From assembly GCA_019752595.1 (NCBI GenBank), contig JAIELV010000001.1, positions 184,486-248,485 on the forward strand: a stretch of 64,000 nucleotides of DNA. The letters are read 5' to 3'. Origin of the DNA: Patescibacteria group bacterium (lineage in GTDB: Bacteria > Patescibacteriota > Minisyncoccia > Phycocordibacterales > Phycocordibacteraceae). Below are positions 54,946 through 64,000 of this stretch, piece after piece. Numbering within the stretch: the first letter of the stretch is position 1; each line of letters opens with the position of its first letter. The position numbers were made by a program, and so were the translations under genes. The notes under the pieces were generated by a model, which searched no databases, had not been told where the DNA came from, and worked only from the letters and a program-made list of their open reading frames with translations.

Positions 54946-57348
54946 CTAGGGAATGAAATTAATGATTCTTCCAGGCACAAAGACCACTTTTTTTGAATTT
55001 TCAGGGACGTACGCATTGAGTTTTACGTCTTTTTTCAATAACGCAATTACGTCTTCTTCAGAAGCAGAGCGCGGCACCACACAGGTGCCTTTTGTTTTAC
55101 CTGCAATTTGAAGGGCCAGTGTAACTGTTTCAGATTCAAGTTTTGCAGAGTTAAACACTGGCCATGGTGCTGTATGAATTGAATCTGTGTGACCGAGCTC
55201 GCGCCACAGTTCTTCCGTTATATGCGGAGCAAACGGCGCGAGTAATTTCAAAAAATCTTGGTATGCGTCTTTAGGCACAGCGGGAAGCGCTTCGAAAGCG
55301 TTCAGGCAAATCATTAACTGAGAAACTGCGGTGTTCATGTTGAAAGTTTCTATGTCCGCACCTACTTTTTTTATTGTCTGATGGAACACCGTTTCAGCGC
55401 CCCCCAAAGAATCTCCGTCAATTTTTTGAGACAAGCGCCACACTCGCTCCACGAATCTACGCGAGCCGATGATGCTTGCAGTGTTCCAAGGCTTCATTGC
55501 CTCGAGAGGACCCATGAACATCTCATAGATACGTATAGTGTCTGCGCCATAGAGCTCTACTACTTCATCGGGATTAATCACGTTCCCTTTTGACTTCGAC
55601 ATCTTACTTCCATCCTCCGCTAAAATCATTCCCTGGTGACGTAACTTTTTGAATGGCTCGGTAAACGAAATCATTCCGTGTCTATGCAAAGCTTTCGTAA
55701 AGAAACGCGCGTACATAAGGTGTAAGACGGTGTGTTCAGCACCCCCCATATATAAATCAACAGGAAGCCATTTCTTAATTGCTTCTGGTGAGGCAAACAA
55801 GTCTTCGTTACGCGGATCTGCGAAACGGAAGAAATACCACGATGAACAGACGAAGGTGTCCATGGTGTCTATCTCGGGTTTCCATCCTTTTCCAAAAATT
55901 CGCTCAGTTCTTTCTAAAAGCTCTTTCGAAGTACCTAATGGTGCGGTTCCTTTCGGTAAATATTCAACATCTGTCGGAAGAATCCAGGGCAAATGTTCTT
56001 CGGGAACAGCGTGCGGATTTCCTTCTGGGTCATACACAACAGGTATAGGAGCGCCCCAGTATCTCTGACGCGAAATCAGCCAATCACGCAGGCGATACGT
56101 AACTTTTCGTCTCGCTATCGATTCTTTTTCCATCCAATCCACCATTTCTGTAATTAACTCGGGTGAAATGCTTCGACCGGTGAAAGGACCTGAATCTTTC
56201 AAAACACCTACGTTGTCGTGTGCATTCACGAATTCCCCTTCTTCCCCGACCACGTGGCGAAGTGGAATGTGATACTTCTGTGCGAATTCAACGTCACGCG
56301 GGTCATGCGCAGAACAGCGAATAACTCCTGTACCAAAATCCATTAGAACAAAGTTTGCAATCCACACTGGCATACGGACACCTTTTCGGTACGGATCTTC
56401 TACATACCGCCCCGTAAACACACCAAGTTTTTCTTTTGCTTCACCGCGTTCTGCAGTCGTTGTTTTTGCAACCGTAGCAAGAAAAGCTCTGACTTCGGAT
56501 TCCTCTTTTTGTCCTCGTATCAAATCTTCTACCTGAGGATGTTCGGGAGCAATAACAATGAACGTGTCGGCGAACATCCATGCAGGATACGCGCTGAAGG
56601 TTTCGATACTGAAATCAGCATCGACCACTTTGTGCGGAACAACTATCCCCTCTTTGCGTCCAATCCAGTTTCTCTGATTAATTTTTGTTGACTCTGGCCA
56701 GTCGACATCATCTAGACCCTTGATAAGGTCATCACAGAACTCTGTTATTTTGAAAAACCACTGTGAGAGTTCTTTTTGAATAACAGGAGTGCCACAACGA
56801 AAACATACACCCTTTGTGCCGTCTTCGGCTACCGTTTGCTCGTTTGCAAGAACGGTTTGGTCTTTTGAACACCAATTAACCCGTGCAAGTTTTTTCTCTG
56901 CCAATCCATTTTTGTAGAGAAAGAGAAAAAACCACTGAGTGAATTTGTAATACTCGGGAGTGTGCGTACCTATTTCGCGCGACCAATCGTACGAAAGACC
57001 AAGACTTTGAATTTGTGTACGAAAATTTTGTATTGCGACATCTGTCGAAGCCTGCGGAGCAGTACCTGTTTTGATAGCGTAGTTTTCTGCAGGCAAACCG
57101 AACGCATCCCAACCCATCGGGTGCAACACTTCCTTACCCTGCATTCGCTGATAACGCGTGATGACGTCCGTTGCCGTATAGCCTTCTACGTGCCCCACAT
57201 GAAGCCCTGAGCCCGAGGGGTACGGAAACATGTCCAAAATATAGTGAGGTTCTTTTTTCGTATCAGAATCGGCTTGGTAGATACCCGTTTTCTTCCACTC
57301 ATCCTGCCACTTCTCTTCTATTTCCTTATGATCGTATTCTTTCGCCAT
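54946..57348 (-). CDS. leuS: leucine--tRNA ligase
   Basis: MFPYPSGSGLHVGH, DWLISRQRYWG, KMSKS. Confidence 0.97.
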   Translation of the reverse strand: MAKEYDHKEIEEKWQDEWKKTGIYQADSDTKKEPHYILDMFPYPSGSGLHVGHVEGYTATDVITRYQRMQGKEVLHPMGWDAFGLPAENYAIKTGTAPQASTDVAIQNFRTQIQSLGLSYDWSREIGTHTPEYYKFTQWFFLFLYKNGLAEKKLARVNWCSKDQTVLANEQTVAEDGTKGVCFRCGTPVIQKELSQWFFKITEFCDDLIKGLDDVDWPESTKINQRNWIGRKEGIVVPHKVVDADFSIETFSAYPAWMFADTFIVIAPEHPQVEDLIRGQKEESEVRAFLATVAKTTTAERGEAKEKLGVFTGRYVEDPYRKGVRMPVWIANFVLMDFGTGVIRCSAHDPRDVEFAQKYHIPLRHVVGEEGEFVNAHDNVGVLKDSGPFTGRSISPELITEMVDWMEKESIARRKVTYRLRDWLISRQRYWGAPIPVVYDPEGNPHAVPEEHLPWILPTDVEYLPKGTAPLGTSKELLERTERIFGKGWKPEIDTMDTFVCSSWYFFRFADPRNEDLFASPEAIKKWLPVDLYMGGAEHTVLHLMYARFFTKALHRHGMISFTEPFKKLRHQGMILAEDGSKMSKSKGNVINPDEVVELYGADTIRIYEMFMGPLEAMKPWNTASIIGSRRFVERVWRLSQKIDGDSLGGAETVFHQTIKKVGADIETFNMNTAVSQLMICLNAFEALPAVPKDAYQDFLKLLAPFAPHITEELWRELGHTDSIHTAPWPVFNSAKLESETVTLALQIAGKTKGTCVVPRSASEEDVIALLKKDVKLNAYVPENSKKVVFVPGRIINFIP

Positions 57349-57379
57349 CAGGCGATTATACCCCTTCTCTTAAATCTTT

Positions 57380-57949
57380 TTAACGACTTCGTCTTGCACG
57401 CACTGCTTCAGCTTTTTGGTACGTCATATTTTCGTTACGAATTTGAAATGCTGCCCAAAGTAGAAAAGCTGCTCCTACAGCAAGCCCAACGGGTGGGTAC
57501 GCCAAAGTGGCTCCTACAACTCCGAGTGCCTTTCCTCCTGCAACGAGGACTCCTGTGCCAAGCAATTCAAGTGCTCCAGGAATCAACGGAGCAAGGTATG
57601 CAAGTATACCCGCTACGCTTCCGAGGGCAGCAGCAGGGACAAGAATTTTTGCGAGCATTTGCGAAATCTCGATAAAGTCTGTTGGCACGCGCAGTGCTTC
57701 ATCTACGTATCTTTCAGCGGTCATAGGGTGTTTAATTTTGTAAATAGGCGGAGGTTCTGTTATATCGAAAAACCGAGTGTGCGGTTGAGCTTCAGAGCGA
57801 GGTAATCGGCTTTCAAGTTTTGCTCGTGAATCAGAGATTCTTTCTGCTTTTGGAACAAATACATCACCAGACACGGGGCGAGATTCGCGTCTCGAATATG
57901 AAGACTGCCTTGTGGCACCTAGTTCCTGTGTTGAGCCTGTATCAAACAT
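57380..57949 (-). CDS. hypothetical membrane protein
   Basis: TTGACA-N18-TATAAT ending 6 nt before the ATG; Gly/Ala-rich hydrophobic C-terminal half. Confidence 0.65.
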   Translation of the reverse strand: MFDTGSTQELGATRQSSYSRRESRPVSGDVFVPKAERISDSRAKLESRLPRSEAQPHTRFFDITEPPPIYKIKHPMTAERYVDEALRVPTDFIEISQMLAKILVPAAALGSVAGILAYLAPLIPGALELLGTGVLVAGGKALGVVGATLAYPPVGLAVGAAFLLWAAFQIRNENMTYQKAEAVRARRSR

Positions 57950-58003
57950 AAGTCAATTATACCACATATAGTGGCTGTTTGTCAAATACCGCTCTGTTGA
58001 GGG

Positions 58004-58936
58004 TTAAATGGTCTTTTTGTACGGAGGGTAGCGTTCGGGGTCTATAGTTCTGTCGAAACACACTTCCCCTTCCGCGTGTTGCCAATTTTCGTTTGAAAGA
58101 TCTGGGCGCATAGGTGTTGAAACACCTGCAGTGTCACGACTTGGCATATTGAATACCGCACACAGCTTGAATGACGCATCAGAGGTTCGTTCGTACGTGT
58201 ATGAAGCACCTGTCTGCGTGTCTAACGGCGGAACAAAACCGCCTATCGGGTCTTTCAGCTCGTCCATCGATTCAGGAAGAGTTTCTTTTGTTTGCCAGAA
58301 ACTGACAATCTGCCACTGAATGTTTTGAAGGTCGGCAACTTTTTGATCATCAAACTTCATAAGGCGTGCTGATTCAGGAGAACCGATGATGAGGAATGAA
58401 GATACGACTGCGATTGCGACAACGAGCGAAACAACGCCTCCGATTGCAACAGAAAGTCCTGCTTTTCTCTCCCACGTTCCGCGCAGTTCTTCAATGAAGT
58501 AGGAAAAGACACCTGCAAGTACCGCAAAGACGACACCTGCTTTGAGTGCGAAACGAATTGAAAGGTCGCCCTGAAGATACGAGTTAATCAGGATGATGAC
58601 GTCAATTGCCATTACCAATCCTGCAATAAACAGAGTGATGAACACGAGCCAGCGACGAACCCAAATTTCTTTCTTTTCAGGTACTTTTCGAATGTCCTGA
58701 TGAATCATACGAAGCATCCAGACAAAGAGCGGGAACATTACGAGAAGTGAAGCAATAGCAAAACGTATTGGGCCCGAGTACGGGTCACCATACATAATCA
58801 TTTCGTTCGGGAACCAAATATCAATGTACTGATGCGAAAGAAGGATAAAAGAAACTGCAGAGATATACAGCGCAACCATTGCGCCGAGCCATAGGAAAAA
58901 ATCTTTCGGGGTTGTTTTTGGTTTTACTGTGTCCAT
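58004..58936 (-). CDS. DUF5671-like membrane protein
   Basis: PKDFFLWLG, IRFAIASL, RRWLVFITLF, GSP...D...DLQ; TATAAT 6 nt before ATG 58936. Confidence 0.75.
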   Translation of the reverse strand: MDTVKPKTTPKDFFLWLGAMVALYISAVSFILLSHQYIDIWFPNEMIMYGDPYSGPIRFAIASLLVMFPLFVWMLRMIHQDIRKVPEKKEIWVRRWLVFITLFIAGLVMAIDVIILINSYLQGDLSIRFALKAGVVFAVLAGVFSYFIEELRGTWERKAGLSVAIGGVVSLVVAIAVVSSFLIIGSPESARLMKFDDQKVADLQNIQWQIVSFWQTKETLPESMDELKDPIGGFVPPLDTQTGASYTYERTSDASFKLCAVFNMPSRDTAGVSTPMRPDLSNENWQHAEGEVCFDRTIDPERYPPYKKTI

Positions 58937-58943
58937 GTACCTA

Positions 58944-59144
58944 TTATAACGTATGCGGATGGTGTTCGTGACAGCGGTAAAACGGTCCTCCGCCGTCAGG
59001 TGTGCATTCAAAGGCCGCATCTCGACGACATTCAAACGTCCAATCGCATTGCGGAGAATAAACGGGTATTGTTTTTTCTTGACGTTTGAGGCCAGTAATT
59101 TTTACTTGCACTCCGACAGGATCAAATTGTTCTGGGTAACTCAT
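58944..59144 (-). CDS. small Cys/His-containing hypothetical protein
   Basis: CDWTFEC...FEC...YRCHEHH. Confidence 0.45.
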   Translation of the reverse strand: MSYPEQFDPVGVQVKITGLKRQEKTIPVYSPQCDWTFECRRDAAFECTPDGGGPFYRCHEHHPHTL

Positions 59145-59223
59145 AGAAACAGTTAACTACGAATTTAAATTGAGACAAACAAAAAAGTGCTATACTAAGT
59201 ATAGCACTTTGGCGGGCGTTTTA

Positions 59224-59409
59224 TTACGATCGATCTGGACGCTCACTGACTTCAACGTAAGGCTTTGGATGAGCATCTTCCCTTTCTTGGGCAGACAATT
59301 GATGTCCAACCAGCACCTTGCCGAGAGCAGCAATGAGTTCGCGTGGGGTGAAGTCGAGCTTATAGCCTTCTTCCCAGGGCATTATCTCTCTTTCAGGTTT
59401 TATAGCCAT
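59224..59409 (-). CDS. small hypothetical protein
   Basis: ORF track; TTGACA and an AT-rich -10 region upstream. Confidence 0.4.
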   Translation of the reverse strand: MAIKPEREIMPWEEGYKLDFTPRELIAALGKVLVGHQLSAQEREDAHPKPYVEVSERPDRS

Positions 59410-59446
59410 GTTTTGTGGTTTATATTATATATGTGAATTTTGTCAA

Positions 59447-59477
59447 CCTTTGTGCAACACTGAGTATTGCACAAGGT
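59447..59477 (-). terminator. hairpin after ychF
   Basis: ttgtgcaa...ttgcacaa inverted repeat a few nt past the ychF stop; no clear U tract. Confidence 0.45.
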
Positions 59478-59482
59478 GGGGA

Positions 59483-60580
59483 TTAGATTTTGAACTCTAT
59501 AACGTCGCCGTCTTTGACGATGTATTCCTTTCCTTCTGTACGCACCCACCCTTTTTCCCTTGCCTTCACGAGTGACCCTGCTTCTACGAGCTGGTCATAG
59601 GCAACTACTTCTGCACGAATAAATTTATCTTTAAAATCCGTGTGTATTGCCTGCCCCGCTTCAGGTGCGGAAGCGCCGACCTTCACAGTCCATGCACGTG
59701 TCTCGTCTTCACCTGTGGTGAAATACATCATAAGTCCAAGCAGTCGATATCCTGCACGAATCAGGTCGTCGATACCGTCGTTAAAAACTCCAAACTCGCG
59801 ACGCAAATTTTCCCTGTCTTCATCCGCAACGTCTCTTAATTCGTTTTCTATTGCAGCATCGACAACCGCGTAGGTCGCTCCCATGCTTTCTATAAACTGA
59901 ATGAGCTCTGTGTAGCGGGCATCCTTCATCTCATCCAAATTGTGACCGCCCGCCTTTTTGTTGAGGATGTACATAATTGGTTTCATGGTCAAAAGCTGCA
60001 ACCCGCGTACAGCAAATTTTTCTTCGTCTGTCAGCGTTGTGGTTGATGCCAGTTTTCCTTCTGAAAGAGTTTTGTCTAACTTCTGAAGAGTTAGTTGTTC
60101 AAGGATGGCTGCTTTGTCTCCGCGTTTTACATCGCGGTCTACGGAGTTGAGGCGCTTTGCAACAACTTGCAGATCCGAAAGGACAAGCTCAAGGTTAATG
60201 ACCTCAATATCATTCACTGGATGAATGCGGCCTTCCACATGCAAAATGTCAGGATCTTCAAAGATACGAACTACTTGTGCGATAGCGTTCGTCTCACGAA
60301 TGTGTTGGAGAAATTGATTTCCTAACCCCTGCCCTTCAGAAGCACCTTTCACCAAACCTGCAATGTCGACGAATTCAACTATTGCGGGGATAGTTTTTTT
60401 AGAATTCGAAATTTCAGTAAGTACCTGAAGACGCGGGTCTGGCACGCTCACCACACCGACCGAAGGGTCGATAGTGGCAAAGGGATAATTGGCAATCAAA
60501 ATATCTTTGCGGGTAAGCGCTTTGAAAAGAGTTGATTTCCCCACGTTGGGGAGTCCGACAATACCTAATGAAAGACCCAT
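59483..60580 (-). CDS. ychF: redox-regulated ATPase YchF
   Basis: GIVGLPNVGKST, ANYPFATI, DIAGLVKGAS, EGKEYIVKDGD. Confidence 0.97.
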   Translation of the reverse strand: MGLSLGIVGLPNVGKSTLFKALTRKDILIANYPFATIDPSVGVVSVPDPRLQVLTEISNSKKTIPAIVEFVDIAGLVKGASEGQGLGNQFLQHIRETNAIAQVVRIFEDPDILHVEGRIHPVNDIEVINLELVLSDLQVVAKRLNSVDRDVKRGDKAAILEQLTLQKLDKTLSEGKLASTTTLTDEEKFAVRGLQLLTMKPIMYILNKKAGGHNLDEMKDARYTELIQFIESMGATYAVVDAAIENELRDVADEDRENLRREFGVFNDGIDDLIRAGYRLLGLMMYFTTGEDETRAWTVKVGASAPEAGQAIHTDFKDKFIRAEVVAYDQLVEAGSLVKAREKGWVRTEGKEYIVKDGDVIEFKI

Positions 60581-60621
60581 AGTTCGCCAATACTAGCGGT
60601 TTTTTCTCTTACGTCCAAATT

Positions 60622-61203
60622 CTATCTGTCTTTTTCGTTTGTAAATACATACCGCTCGCCTGTTGCGGTCGAATGTTTCTCTGCGAAACCATCGCGTTCA
60701 AGTGCTTGCCAGGTTCGTGAACCGCCGTCTCCCCACGGTCCTTTATTGTATGTTTCAAAATCAGACCAAAGCGGCCCTTGCCCAAGTTCCACCAGACGCG
60801 TATGCATACTCTTAAAAAGGCGTGTGCCGATTCCTTTTTTCTGAAGCCCGTCTTGAACTTTTATTCCCCAAAGAATGTATTGATCTTTATACTCTGCTGC
60901 CTGCTCGGGATTTTGATTCGGATGCCCCTTCGGCGAATACGCAGCGTACGCTTGAGCAGCAACAACTCCGTCCCTGACAACGTAGCATTGCAAAATTGAC
61001 GGGGTTTCTTTCTCTTCGAAGGCATATGTAATTTCCCCTTGCCCCACACTTTCAGAGACTCGAACATATTGCTCGTGCGCTTTTTTCCCCTTCGCATTCA
61101 ACTCAATAGTAGAGATGACTGCTTTCGGTACACGCTCAAAAGGAATTTCGGTAAAACCAGGAATAGTTTCTCTCTGTTCTGCTCCAGAAAATTCCCCAAC
61201 CAT
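60622..61203 (-). CDS. GNAT-like acetyltransferase
   Basis: Acetyl-CoA-binding motif A: IKVQDGLQKKGIGTRL. Confidence 0.6.
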   Translation of the reverse strand: MVGEFSGAEQRETIPGFTEIPFERVPKAVISTIELNAKGKKAHEQYVRVSESVGQGEITYAFEEKETPSILQCYVVRDGVVAAQAYAAYSPKGHPNQNPEQAAEYKDQYILWGIKVQDGLQKKGIGTRLFKSMHTRLVELGQGPLWSDFETYNKGPWGDGGSRTWQALERDGFAEKHSTATGERYVFTNEKDR

Positions 61204-61252
61204 GTACGGTTAAGTATACGCAAAAAATGAAGCGGTGTATGGTATCTAAAAA

Positions 61253-61837
61253 CTAAACACCTCGTCTACCTATCCTACGAACTTCATCAAGCCACTTTGC
61301 TTTTTTTGGTTCGGAAACAGTTTCGGATGGATAAAAGATAGAGAGTGGGATAGGACTGAAGCCTGCAAAACCCAAGGTTGCTCTCTGAAGCTCATTGGTA
61401 AATTCGCCAAATAGAAACCACTGTATAAGAGGGCTTGTGTTTGCAAGAAGAATAATGCGAGCAGAACGGCCTTTCAGGCGTGCCGTCCACCACCAGTCGC
61501 CCTTGTGAAAATTAAACGCGAACCCAGGAAGCCATGCGCGGTCAAAGACACCTTTTAGAAGTGCTGGTGTCGTACACCACCAGTTGGGATACACAACGAC
61601 AAAGTGATCGCACCACTTTACGTTCTCCTGAAATGTTTTCAGGTCTGGTTCAAGTTCTTGAATGACTCGGTAGCCCTTATGCAAAATGGGGTCAAATTTC
61701 ATTTCGGGAAGGTTTTGACGTCTGACTTCATGCCCCGCTTCTAAAGCGCCCGCTTCATACGCATCAGCCATTTTTTTGGAAAGGGTTTCCATGTCCGGAT
61801 TCCCCATCAGGATGTAAATTTTCTTTTTCTGGATCAT
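61253..61837 (-). CDS. flavodoxin-fold NAD(P)H-dependent (quinone) oxidoreductase
   Basis: GNPD, LEPDL, YPNWW..PALLKGVFDR..PGFAF. Confidence 0.9.
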   Translation of the reverse strand: MIQKKKIYILMGNPDMETLSKKMADAYEAGALEAGHEVRRQNLPEMKFDPILHKGYRVIQELEPDLKTFQENVKWCDHFVVVYPNWWCTTPALLKGVFDRAWLPGFAFNFHKGDWWWTARLKGRSARIILLANTSPLIQWFLFGEFTNELQRATLGFAGFSPIPLSIFYPSETVSEPKKAKWLDEVRRIGRRGV

Positions 61838-61844
61838 AGGCGAG

Positions 61845-62069
61845 TTAGGGTTTCAGTATACGTTCGAGTTCGGCCTTATGAGTCGTGAGTACCCCCATAA
61901 TAGCTGCCTGTTGCGGCTCGCCTTTCTTCAGCCGTTCTGAAATTTCCGCAATAAGGTTCTTGAAAAAATCTGGATTATCGTCAAACGCCTTCATGACCTT
62001 CGCTTTTTGATCAGCTGGCATGTTTGCCAACTGCTTTGCGAGCATTTGTTTAATGAAGAAGTTCATCAT
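61845..62069 (-). CDS. small helical hypothetical protein
   Basis: MMNFFIKQML...NPDFFKNL; ORF track. Confidence 0.65.
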   Translation of the reverse strand: MMNFFIKQMLAKQLANMPADQKAKVMKAFDDNPDFFKNLIAEISERLKKGEPQQAAIMGVLTTHKAELERILKP

Positions 62070-62177
62070 AAAGTCATATGCTAACAGAAATTTGTCTCTG
62101 ATGGTCATTTTTTCCCACACGTAAAGTCATACATTTCGTACTTGTACGTCTCTTGGGGGTCGTGGTACGCTCGATGC

Positions 62178-62429
62178 ATGTTAAAAGCAAACTTGGACGG
62201 GAACGAGTTCTTAGGCTCAACCACGGTCGGCGCAAAAGGTCAGGCGGTAATACCCGCTGAAGCCAGAAAAGCAATGAACCTTAAGGAGGGCGACAAACTT
62301 CTTGTTTTTCGGATAGGATGCGACATGGTTGCATTCTCAAAGGTTTCTCAGATGGAACGTTTTGCGAACCATCTTTCAAAAAAACTTACTACCGTCCGTT
62401 CAGCAATTAAAAAAGCTCAGCACCCTTAA
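62178..62429 (+). CDS. AbrB/MazE/SpoVT family DNA-binding protein
   Basis: GSTTVGAKGQAVIPAEARKAMNLKEGDKL. Confidence 0.9.
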   Translation: MLKANLDGNEFLGSTTVGAKGQAVIPAEARKAMNLKEGDKLLVFRIGCDMVAFSKVSQMERFANHLSKKLTTVRSAIKKAQHP

Positions 62430-62434
62430 ATCAT

Positions 62435-64000
62435 ATGCAAGAACACCTCACCCGCGCGCTTACTCTTTTGAAAAGCGCAGCGAACCTTTTTGTAAAAGCC
62501 TCTGTTGAACTGTGGGCCTGGGCACGTGCGAATAAAAAGTTCTCTATACCTGGCGCTCTTGTTTTGGTTGTGCTCATTGGAGCTGGAGTATATTTTCTTG
62601 GTATGTCGGCAAAACCTGAAGATGCCGATACCCGCCGTGAAGTAGAGCTCACTTCGGTTGCTGATGTTTCCTCTGGCGAGCCTATTACCGTTATTGGTGA
62701 AATCCGTTCCGTATCTGAAGCTGACGTTGCACCAGATTCAAGTGGTCGCATTATCGGTGTCTATCGAAAGATTGGTGACTATGTAGGCGCAGGTGCAGTT
62801 ATTGCGGAAATCGAGAACTCGTCTCAGCGCGCCGCAGTAGCGCAAGCGGAGGCCGCACTTCAGCGTGCAAAGAGCGCCTCCACTATCTCGGGGATTTCGG
62901 TCGGTTCAGCGTCTGCAGGTGCTGAAACTGCTCGTCAAAGCGCGTACGCAGCGATAAATGACGCGATTGTAAGAAAGGCGGACGAAACGTTCACAAACGG
63001 GAGTTCAAAAACTTTCTTTGTGTCAGTCACTAACTCACAGCTGAAATACACACTTGAGGCAAAGCGCCTGGAGATGGAGGTTATCTTACAGCGACACGCC
63101 TCAGTTCGTTCTCAGACACTCTCTGACACTGAACTAATTGCGGAACTTCAGACACTTGAAAACGAGGTGCGCGCCGTTCGTGGTTTTATGAGCGATTTAG
63201 TGAATGCACTTGCGGGAGGAATTTCAACAGGCTCTGTAACAACTGCACAGATAGAGGGTTATGAGGCAAATGCAAACGCAGGTCTCTCTTCAATTACAGC
63301 ACTTGAAGGAAGTTTGGCAGCTGCTTCAGGCGGACTTCAGAGCGCGAAAGAAAACTTGAGCCAGGGAACGAGCGGAGAAAGCGCAGACATTGCGATTGCA
63401 CAGGCTTCCCTTTCAGCAGCAAAAGCAGTTCTTGAAAAAACAATTGTACGAGCACCAATTTCAGGAACTATAAATTCGATTTCTCTTGAGCAGGGTAACT
63501 TCGCGGCAGCAGGTGTTCCTGCAGTTCGCATCGTGAACGTGAGCGGCCTTGAAGCCGTTGCGTACCTCTCAGAGCGAGATCTTCCGCGCGTTACCGCTGG
63601 TTCGTCAGTGCGCATTTCTGGTATCGCGGACGGTAGAGTGAGTCGTGTTGCGCCAGCCTTAGACTCAAACACCCGTAAAGCGGAGATTCGAATCTCGATT
63701 CTCGGAACGGATTCAGGTGCAAATCGTTTTGTGGCGGGTCAGTCTGCAACCATTGAACTCTCACCTGCTCGTAAAGAAACAGATAAAGCAATTTTCATTC
63801 CTATTTCCTCTGTAAAAATTACACCTGACGGTGCTGTGGTATTTATTGCAAATGATGTGGGAGAGGACGGTACAACCACACTTCAGTCAATTCCGGTTAC
63901 CTTGGGCGCACTCTCTGGAGGAAAGGTGGAAATTACCAGCGGACTTTCACTCGACAATGTCATTGTCGCGGATGCTCGAGGTTTGAAGAACGGCCAGGAG
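62435..64000 (+). CDS. efflux RND transporter periplasmic adaptor (membrane fusion protein), runs off the 3' edge
   Basis: Hand translation MQEHLTRAL...TM...SGRIIGVYRKIGDYVGAG...AVAQAEAAL...IVRAPISG...DARGLKNGQE; absent from the ORF track because there is no stop in the window. Confidence 0.88.
   Translation, partial: MQEHLTRALTLLKSAANLFVKASVELWAWARANKKFSIPGALVLVVLIGAGVYFLGMSAKPEDADTRREVELTSVADVSSGEPITVIGEIRSVSEADVAPDSSGRIIGVYRKIGDYVGAGAVIAEIENSSQRAAVAQAEAALQRAKSASTISGISVGSASAGAETARQSAYAAINDAIVRKADETFTNGSSKTFFVSVTNSQLKYTLEAKRLEMEVILQRHASVRSQTLSDTELIAELQTLENEVRAVRGFMSDLVNALAGGISTGSVTTAQIEGYEANANAGLSSITALEGSLAAASGGLQSAKENLSQGTSGESADIAIAQASLSAAKAVLEKTIVRAPISGTINSISLEQGNFAAAGVPAVRIVNVSGLEAVAYLSERDLPRVTAGSSVRISGIADGRVSRVAPALDSNTRKAEIRISILGTDSGANRFVAGQSATIELSPARKETDKAIFIPISSVKITPDGAVVFIANDVGEDGTTTLQSIPVTLGALSGGKVEITSGLSLDNVIVADARGLKNGQE

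Noticed and set aside
5125-57360. T-box riboswitches upstream of the aminoacyl-tRNA synthetase genes
   Set aside because: gltX, trpS, alaS and leuS have -10 boxes 6-7 nt from the start, leaving no leader, and no T-box consensus was seen before aspS.
59447-59477. CIRCE operator (inverted repeat with 9-nt spacer)
   Set aside because: The arms TTGTGCAA/TTGCACAA do not match TTAGCACTC and it is not upstream of chaperone genes; more likely a ychF 3' hairpin.
60622-61203. GNAT protein as the missing acyltransferase of the lyase cluster
   Set aside because: It lies 30 kb away and nothing in the sequence links the two.
811-63791. Numerous 60-220 aa ORFs antisense or out of frame to well-supported genes (for example 5962..6615, 19907..20569, 44081..44746, 62431..62751)
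   Set aside because: They are shadow ORFs of recognisable genes and have no motifs of their own.
1-64000. Alternative genetic code 25, and tRNA/rRNA genes
   Set aside because: Conserved genes are full length under code 11, and TGA is used as a stop in ATGA overlaps. No cloverleaf or rRNA-like segment was recognised by eye; tRNAscan-SE would confirm.

Overview
64 kb of a small, streamlined bacterial chromosome, most consistent with Patescibacteria/CPR (Parcubacteria-like). This is inferred from shortened aaRS and ribosomal proteins, a reduced dcw cluster, CPR-typical hypotheticals and pervasive leaderless starts; the genetic code is 11. Most genes are on the minus strand. Housekeeping content: gltX, murG-ftsW-mraY, scpAB, pepA, aspS, trpS, a DEAD-box helicase, grpE-dnaK-dnaJ, the infA-rpmJ-rpsM-rpsK-rpsD-rpoA-rplQ-rplM-rpsI block, alaS, an M16 peptidase pair, ung, mnmA, mltG, leuS and ychF. 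The most interesting items are: (1) a translationally coupled operon of tyrosine-type ammonia-lyase, ThiF, aryl-CoA ligase, nitroreductase and 7TM histidine kinase, a candidate small-molecule signal synthesis-and-sensing module; (2) two TrpR/YerC-like HTH genes, each bracketed on both sides by its own paralogue-specific long palindrome; (3) a complete ilv-type leader-peptide attenuator upstream of two unannotated Cys/His-rich microproteins and leucyl aminopeptidase; (4) a C5 DNA methyltransferase next to a GHKL ATPase-TIR fusion; (5) candidate structured RNAs, an in-frame REP-like insert in aspS, and twin zinc-finger microproteins around a ZnT9-like transporter. No rRNA, tRNA, CRISPR array or transposase was recognised. 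All assignments come from reading motifs by eye; no searches were run.
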